This document shows, piece after piece, positions 17,052 through 21,168 of a DNA stretch of 21,168 nucleotides. The first letter of the stretch is position 1; each line of letters opens with the position of its first letter. Location: NCBI GenBank assembly GCA_031372065.1, contig JANMKN010000029.1:1-21168 (forward strand). Reading direction: 5' to 3'. This stretch comes from Abditibacteriaceae bacterium. GTDB taxonomy: Bacteria; Armatimonadota; Abditibacteriia; Abditibacteriales; Abditibacteriaceae. The notes beneath the pieces were generated by a model. The model worked only from the letters and a program-made list of their open reading frames with translations. It was not told the DNA's origin and ran no database searches. A program made the position numbers and the translations under genes.

Positions 17052-17828
17052 ATGAGTGTTGAAACCTTGAAGAGAAAGGCCTACGCCATTATTCAAACTA
17101 AGCTGCTTGACGGCGAATTGCGCGCGGGTGATGTAGTGTCAGAGCAAGCCTTAGCCGATGAAATCGGCATTAGCCGCACGCCCATTCGTGAGGCGATAGG
17201 GCAGTTGCAAATCGAAGGTTTGTTCGACAAAAAGCCGCGCAGCGGCACCGTGGTGCGCTTGCCTGACCAACAGGAACTTTGCGATTTGTATGATGTGCGC
17301 GAGGCGCTCGAAAGTCACGCGGCAGGCAAGGCCGCGCCTTTATTAGTGCGCGACGATTTCAATGCTTTGGCGAGCCTGCACAAAGAATTCAAAGACTTGG
17401 CGAGAGAACTGAAAGCGCGCCGCCTTGAGTATTTAGACGAAGCGATGCTGCATCGTTTTTTTAGTGCAGATGTGAGTTTTCATTTGCTAATCGTGCGCGC
17501 CGCACACAACGCGCGAGCCTTGCAAATCATCAGCGAATTTCGCGTGATTCAGCGCGTGTTTGAATACGAGCGTATGGCGCACGGGCCGCGCCTTGTGGAA
17601 AATGCCGTGGCACAACATGGCGCCATTTTAGCGGCTTTAAAAAGTGGTGATGGCGAAGCCGCCCATGACGCGATGGCCGCGCATATTCGCGGCTCGAAAG
17701 AGTATGCGATGCAATCGTTTGAGCGACGCCCGCGTGGCACTCTCGACATAAAAGAACGCCCGGCGTTGCCGCCGGACGTTGCCTTGCATTTGGAAAACAT
17801 GAGAGTCAAAAACCTCGTGAAAAACTGA
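17052..17828 (+). CDS. GntR family regulator, FadR subfamily (FCD domain)
   Basis: wHTH SEQALADEIGISRTPIREA and FCD motifs DLYDVREALE, DVSFHLLI, QHGAILAAL, AMAAHI. Confidence 0.93.
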   Translation: MSVETLKRKAYAIIQTKLLDGELRAGDVVSEQALADEIGISRTPIREAIGQLQIEGLFDKKPRSGTVVRLPDQQELCDLYDVREALESHAAGKAAPLLVRDDFNALASLHKEFKDLARELKARRLEYLDEAMLHRFFSADVSFHLLIVRAAHNARALQIISEFRVIQRVFEYERMAHGPRLVENAVAQHGAILAALKSGDGEAAHDAMAAHIRGSKEYAMQSFERRPRGTLDIKERPALPPDVALHLENMRVKNLVKN

Positions 17829-17860
17829 ACTTCGGCGAACCGAAATTCATACGTTGGTGC

Positions 17861-18997
17861 CTATTTCCTGCCTGTCACGCGGCGAATGTAATCCACTTCT
17901 TCTTGTTTGTAAGGCGTGCCATCCAAACGCAGAATGTCGTGAAACCACAGTGGCGGTTCACTGGTGTATTTTTGGGTCCACGAATCCCATGGATAAATCG
18001 TTTGCGATTTGCCGGACACAAAACCCCAGTTGTAAGCGGCGATATTTTGCTCTTTCATCCAGCCCAAATGCGGCTCGAAGACGCTGCCATTGGGCCGCGC
18101 CATGTATTCGGTGCAAAGCATTGGGCGATTGAAGCGGCGCAGTGTGTCAACCGCTTTTTGCAAGTCCGGCAAATTGCCGTAGTTGTGAAACGAAATCACG
18201 TCGCTGTTTTCCAGTTGCGTGCGTGGAATCGGCGCCAATTTTTCGTCGTTGCTCCAATCGCCGCGCCACACGCCCGAAGTGAGCGGCTGCGAAGGATTTG
18301 CTGCGCGCGCCCACGCGAACACTTGCGGCAAAAGCGCGGCGACTAAATCAGTTTTATTTTTTGGCTCCAAATCGGGGCGCGCCGGTGCGCCGCCATCGCC
18401 GTTGTCAGGTTCGTTCCACACGTCCCAGCCGGCAATGCGTTTGTCATTGGCGAAAGCGCGCACCAAACCAGTCACATAAGCGTGCAAGCGCGGATATTCG
18501 CCTTTGGCTTGCAACGCGGACACGCCGGGACTTTGCACCCAACCGGAGTTATGCGTGTAAGGTCGCGGCGCCATTTGCGCGCCCAAATAAGGCAACGGAT
18601 ACCAACAGCTATCGAAGATGACAAACAGCGTTTTGATTTTGTGCTTGTCAGCCAATTCGAGATAACGATGGATGCGTCGCGTGTAACCTTCTTGGTCTTG
18701 CAACCAGCATAGGTCGTGCAGAAAGACGCGCATCGAATTGAAACCGAGGTCTTCGGCATAGCCAAGTTCGCGGTCAATGGTGGCTTCATCGAAAGTCGCG
18801 GCTTGCCACATTTCGATTTGATTGATGGCACTGCTCGGCATAAAGTTACTGCCGCGCAGCCAGCCGTTTTCTTTAAGCCAGGTGTTGGCTTTTTCCTGCG
18901 GCCAACGTCCAGGGCCATCGGCGGCGTGTGACGAAATCATGGTTGAAAAAAGAAGCATAGTCGTGAGTAACGCGCGAAGCGCGCAGCGTTTGGGCAT
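17861..18997 (-). CDS. Secreted clan GH-A glycoside hydrolase (GH5-like, resembles subfamily GH5_13)
   Basis: Signal peptide ending SHA-ADG, AINQIEMWQ, NSMRVFLHD, acid/base WDVWNEP and nucleophile CTEY. Subfamily assigned from memory. Confidence 0.8.
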   Translation of the reverse strand: MPKRCALRALLTTMLLFSTMISSHAADGPGRWPQEKANTWLKENGWLRGSNFMPSSAINQIEMWQAATFDEATIDRELGYAEDLGFNSMRVFLHDLCWLQDQEGYTRRIHRYLELADKHKIKTLFVIFDSCWYPLPYLGAQMAPRPYTHNSGWVQSPGVSALQAKGEYPRLHAYVTGLVRAFANDKRIAGWDVWNEPDNGDGGAPARPDLEPKNKTDLVAALLPQVFAWARAANPSQPLTSGVWRGDWSNDEKLAPIPRTQLENSDVISFHNYGNLPDLQKAVDTLRRFNRPMLCTEYMARPNGSVFEPHLGWMKEQNIAAYNWGFVSGKSQTIYPWDSWTQKYTSEPPLWFHDILRLDGTPYKQEEVDYIRRVTGRK

Positions 18998-19010
18998 GAA
19001 GTAATTCTAA

Positions 19011-19949
19011 TCAAAAACGCACGCCGTCGCGTAGCGGGTCGGCACCATCGAAGAGCAATTTTGTTTCCGCTATAACAAACGCTGTGCCGGAAATCGTTGG
19101 CAGAACTTGATTGTTTTCAAGGCGAATCGAACCTTCAAACATTGTTCCCAAAATACTTTCCTGACGCCAAATTTGGCCCGGCTGCAATTTTTCGTCTGCA
19201 TATAAACAAGCCATTTTTGCGCTGGTGCCGGTGCCGCACGGCGAACGGTCATAAGCGCCGCCGGGACACAGCACAAAATTGCGACTATCGGCATCGGCGC
19301 GTTGCGGCGGCCCGAATAATTCGATGTGGTCAATCTCGCTGCCGTCTTCCCCTGTGATGTAATTTTCTGCCAGCGTTTCCTTGACGTGTTGGCAGTAGCG
19401 TGTCAGTTCATCCAAACGCCGCAAACTTAGTTCTTGCCCGTGATTTTGCACTAAGAAAAACCAGTTGCCGCCCCACGCGATGTCACCGCTGATTTTCTGG
19501 CCGCCCACTGCGATTTCGACGGCTTTTTTATAGCGATACGACGGCACATTTTGCACCGAAACGCGATTTCCATTGTGCAAAGTCGCCTTCACAACACCAA
19601 CCGGCGTTTCGATGCGATGTTCGCCCGTTTCGATGCGTCCCATATGCGCCAACGTGACCACAAGGCCAATTGTGCCGTGCCCGCACATATTGAGATAACC
19701 GGCGTTGTTGAAAAAAATCACGCCCGCCGCACAAGATTCATCATGCGGCTCGCAGAGTAGGGCACCGACGATATGATCGGCGCCGCGCGGCTCGTTCACA
19801 ACCGCCGAACGAAGCGCATCAAACTTTTCGCGAAATACATCGCGCCGCTCGGCCAAAGTGCCGCCGCCCAAATCAGGCGCGCCTTCGATAACAAGGCGCG
19901 TCGGCTCGCCTTCGGTGTGTGAATCAATGAGAAAAACGCGGGTGGTCAT
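19011..19949 (-). CDS. Proline racemase family, probable 4-hydroxyproline 2-epimerase
   Basis: IDSHTEGEPTR, EPRG, and both catalytic Cys motifs (MCGHGT, DRSPCGTG). Pathway context. Confidence 0.9.
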   Translation of the reverse strand: MTTRVFLIDSHTEGEPTRLVIEGAPDLGGGTLAERRDVFREKFDALRSAVVNEPRGADHIVGALLCEPHDESCAAGVIFFNNAGYLNMCGHGTIGLVVTLAHMGRIETGEHRIETPVGVVKATLHNGNRVSVQNVPSYRYKKAVEIAVGGQKISGDIAWGGNWFFLVQNHGQELSLRRLDELTRYCQHVKETLAENYITGEDGSEIDHIELFGPPQRADADSRNFVLCPGGAYDRSPCGTGTSAKMACLYADEKLQPGQIWRQESILGTMFEGSIRLENNQVLPTISGTAFVIAETKLLFDGADPLRDGVRF

Positions 19950-20010
19950 GCTTTAGAGTTTGCTTTATTTTATCCGCCAAAGTGAATATGTTTATACTCA
20001 CCTTCCATTT

Positions 20011-21168
20011 ATGAATTCAACTTTTTTTGCTGGTTTTGCCCTGCCGTTTGCTGTTTTGTTGTGTGTTTCCTCGCTCCGCGCGGCAGAACTGGATGCCGAA
20101 GCCTTGTTGTATTCGACAATGCCCTCCACGACGGTGCATCGGCCTGAAATGGCGATGGATGGCAACTCAAAAACGTATTTCAAATCGTTTTATGGTATGG
20201 GTGATCGCGACGATTTTCAGATTCTTTTGTCGCGTCCCATTGCGCTGCGTTCGCTGCGTGTTGTGACGGGCGACGAAGCAAAGGCGAATTTGCTGACCGA
20301 TGGTTTTGTCGAAATCTCGCCCGATGGCGTGACTTTTACCAAGGCAGCGACTTTCAACAACGACGGCATCGCCGAGGCGACTTTAAACGATACAACGGCG
20401 CTTTCGCTGCGCATCAAACTCAATCGGCGTCGCGGTTTGCCGACATTAATTTTGCGCGAAATCACGCTTGATGCGCCGGTTAAAATTGCGCACATTCAAA
20501 TGGGCGCGGGGCGTGCCTTTTCGGATTTTTCCGCCGCGCCTGACTTGGAAAGTTGGGCGCGCAAAGCCGAGCATCAAATGGAAGAATTCTGGCCCGATAC
20601 AGCGGCGCTTTTGTATTCGGACGGCTTTATTACGCCGAATAAAGTTAACGTGGTTTATCGGACTGGGCCGAATGTCACGCCTGTTGCGGCCACGGGCGGC
20701 GGCGAAATGACGGTCAACACCGATTGGTGCCATAAACAGCCCAACGATACCGGTCTGACGGTTCACGAAGTGGCGCACGTTGTGCAGGCGATGAGCGCTT
20801 ATAATCCGGTATGGCTCATCGAAGGCGTAGCCGATTACATTCGTTGGATTAAGTTCGAGCCACAGAATTACAAGCCGCGCATCAATGTAAATACCGCGAC
20901 GTATCGCGATTCTTATCGCACGACGGGCACTTTTTTGGCGTGGTGTGAGTTGCATTACGACAGTCGTTTGGTGACGAAACTCAATCAAGATGTCCGCTTT
21001 GGTAAATACAACAACGACCTCTTCAAAAAGTATTGCGGCAAAGATGTGGACACGCTGTGGGCCGAATTTATTGCAGATTACAAGAAAGACCCGGCCCATA
21101 TCCTCACGCCGCCAATGGCGCTCGCCGATAGGCCGCGCGTTTTGCCGACAGTGGCCGAAGGCACGGGC
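20011..21168 (+). CDS. Secreted protein: discoidin/F5-8C-like domain plus basic secretory protein (BSP) HEXXH metallopeptidase domain; 3'-partial, absent from the ORF track
   Basis: Hand translation gives 386 open codons to the window edge: signal MNSTFFAGFALPFAVLLCVSSLRA, AMDGNSKTYF, VEISPDGVTF, then HEVAHVVQ, WLIEGVADYIR, SYRTTGTFLAW and GKDVDTLWAEF. Confidence 0.88.
   Translation, partial: MNSTFFAGFALPFAVLLCVSSLRAAELDAEALLYSTMPSTTVHRPEMAMDGNSKTYFKSFYGMGDRDDFQILLSRPIALRSLRVVTGDEAKANLLTDGFVEISPDGVTFTKAATFNNDGIAEATLNDTTALSLRIKLNRRRGLPTLILREITLDAPVKIAHIQMGAGRAFSDFSAAPDLESWARKAEHQMEEFWPDTAALLYSDGFITPNKVNVVYRTGPNVTPVAATGGGEMTVNTDWCHKQPNDTGLTVHEVAHVVQAMSAYNPVWLIEGVADYIRWIKFEPQNYKPRINVNTATYRDSYRTTGTFLAWCELHYDSRLVTKLNQDVRFGKYNNDLFKKYCGKDVDTLWAEFIADYKKDPAHILTPPMALADRPRVLPTVAEGTG

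Noticed and set aside
16962..17096. 45-aa N-terminal extension of the dehydrogenase in the ORF track
   Set aside because: It would overlap gntR and the operator; the FAD motif fits a start at 16961.
19982..20001. Imperfect inverted repeat GTGAATAT-gttt-ATACTCAC in the epimerase/peptidase divergent region
   Set aside because: Short, AT-rich and unlike the GntR box; could be chance.
20446..21099. 217-aa minus-strand ORF
   Set aside because: Antisense shadow of the BSP peptidase gene, with no recognisable motifs.

Overview
Bacterial chromosomal window. The DUF1559 pilin-like gene suggests Armatimonadota/Abditibacteriota (inference). Left half: TetA-like MFS transporter (apparently cut short by a TAG), Gfo/Idh/MocA oxidoreductase, DUF6766-type membrane protein, ruvX-mltG, DUF1559 pilin-like gene, CRTAC1/FG-GAP lipoprotein and type II NADH dehydrogenase. 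Middle: a ~4 kb integrase-less island carrying an AAA+ ATPase / S8 protease pair (IetAS-type defence). It is bounded by a 36-bp imperfect duplication of the last 12 codons of the neighbouring aldehyde dehydrogenase gene. Right half: a complete hydroxyproline catabolic set (epimerase, D-Hyp dehydrogenase, Pyr4H2C deaminase, KGSA dehydrogenase) with a GntR regulator and palindromic operator. The set is interrupted by a 12 x 21-bp tandem array that reads as a His-heptad peptide. It is linked to a secreted GH5-type glycosidase and a secreted discoidin-BSP metallopeptidase absent from the ORF track, suggesting a hydroxyproline-rich glycoprotein utilisation locus.
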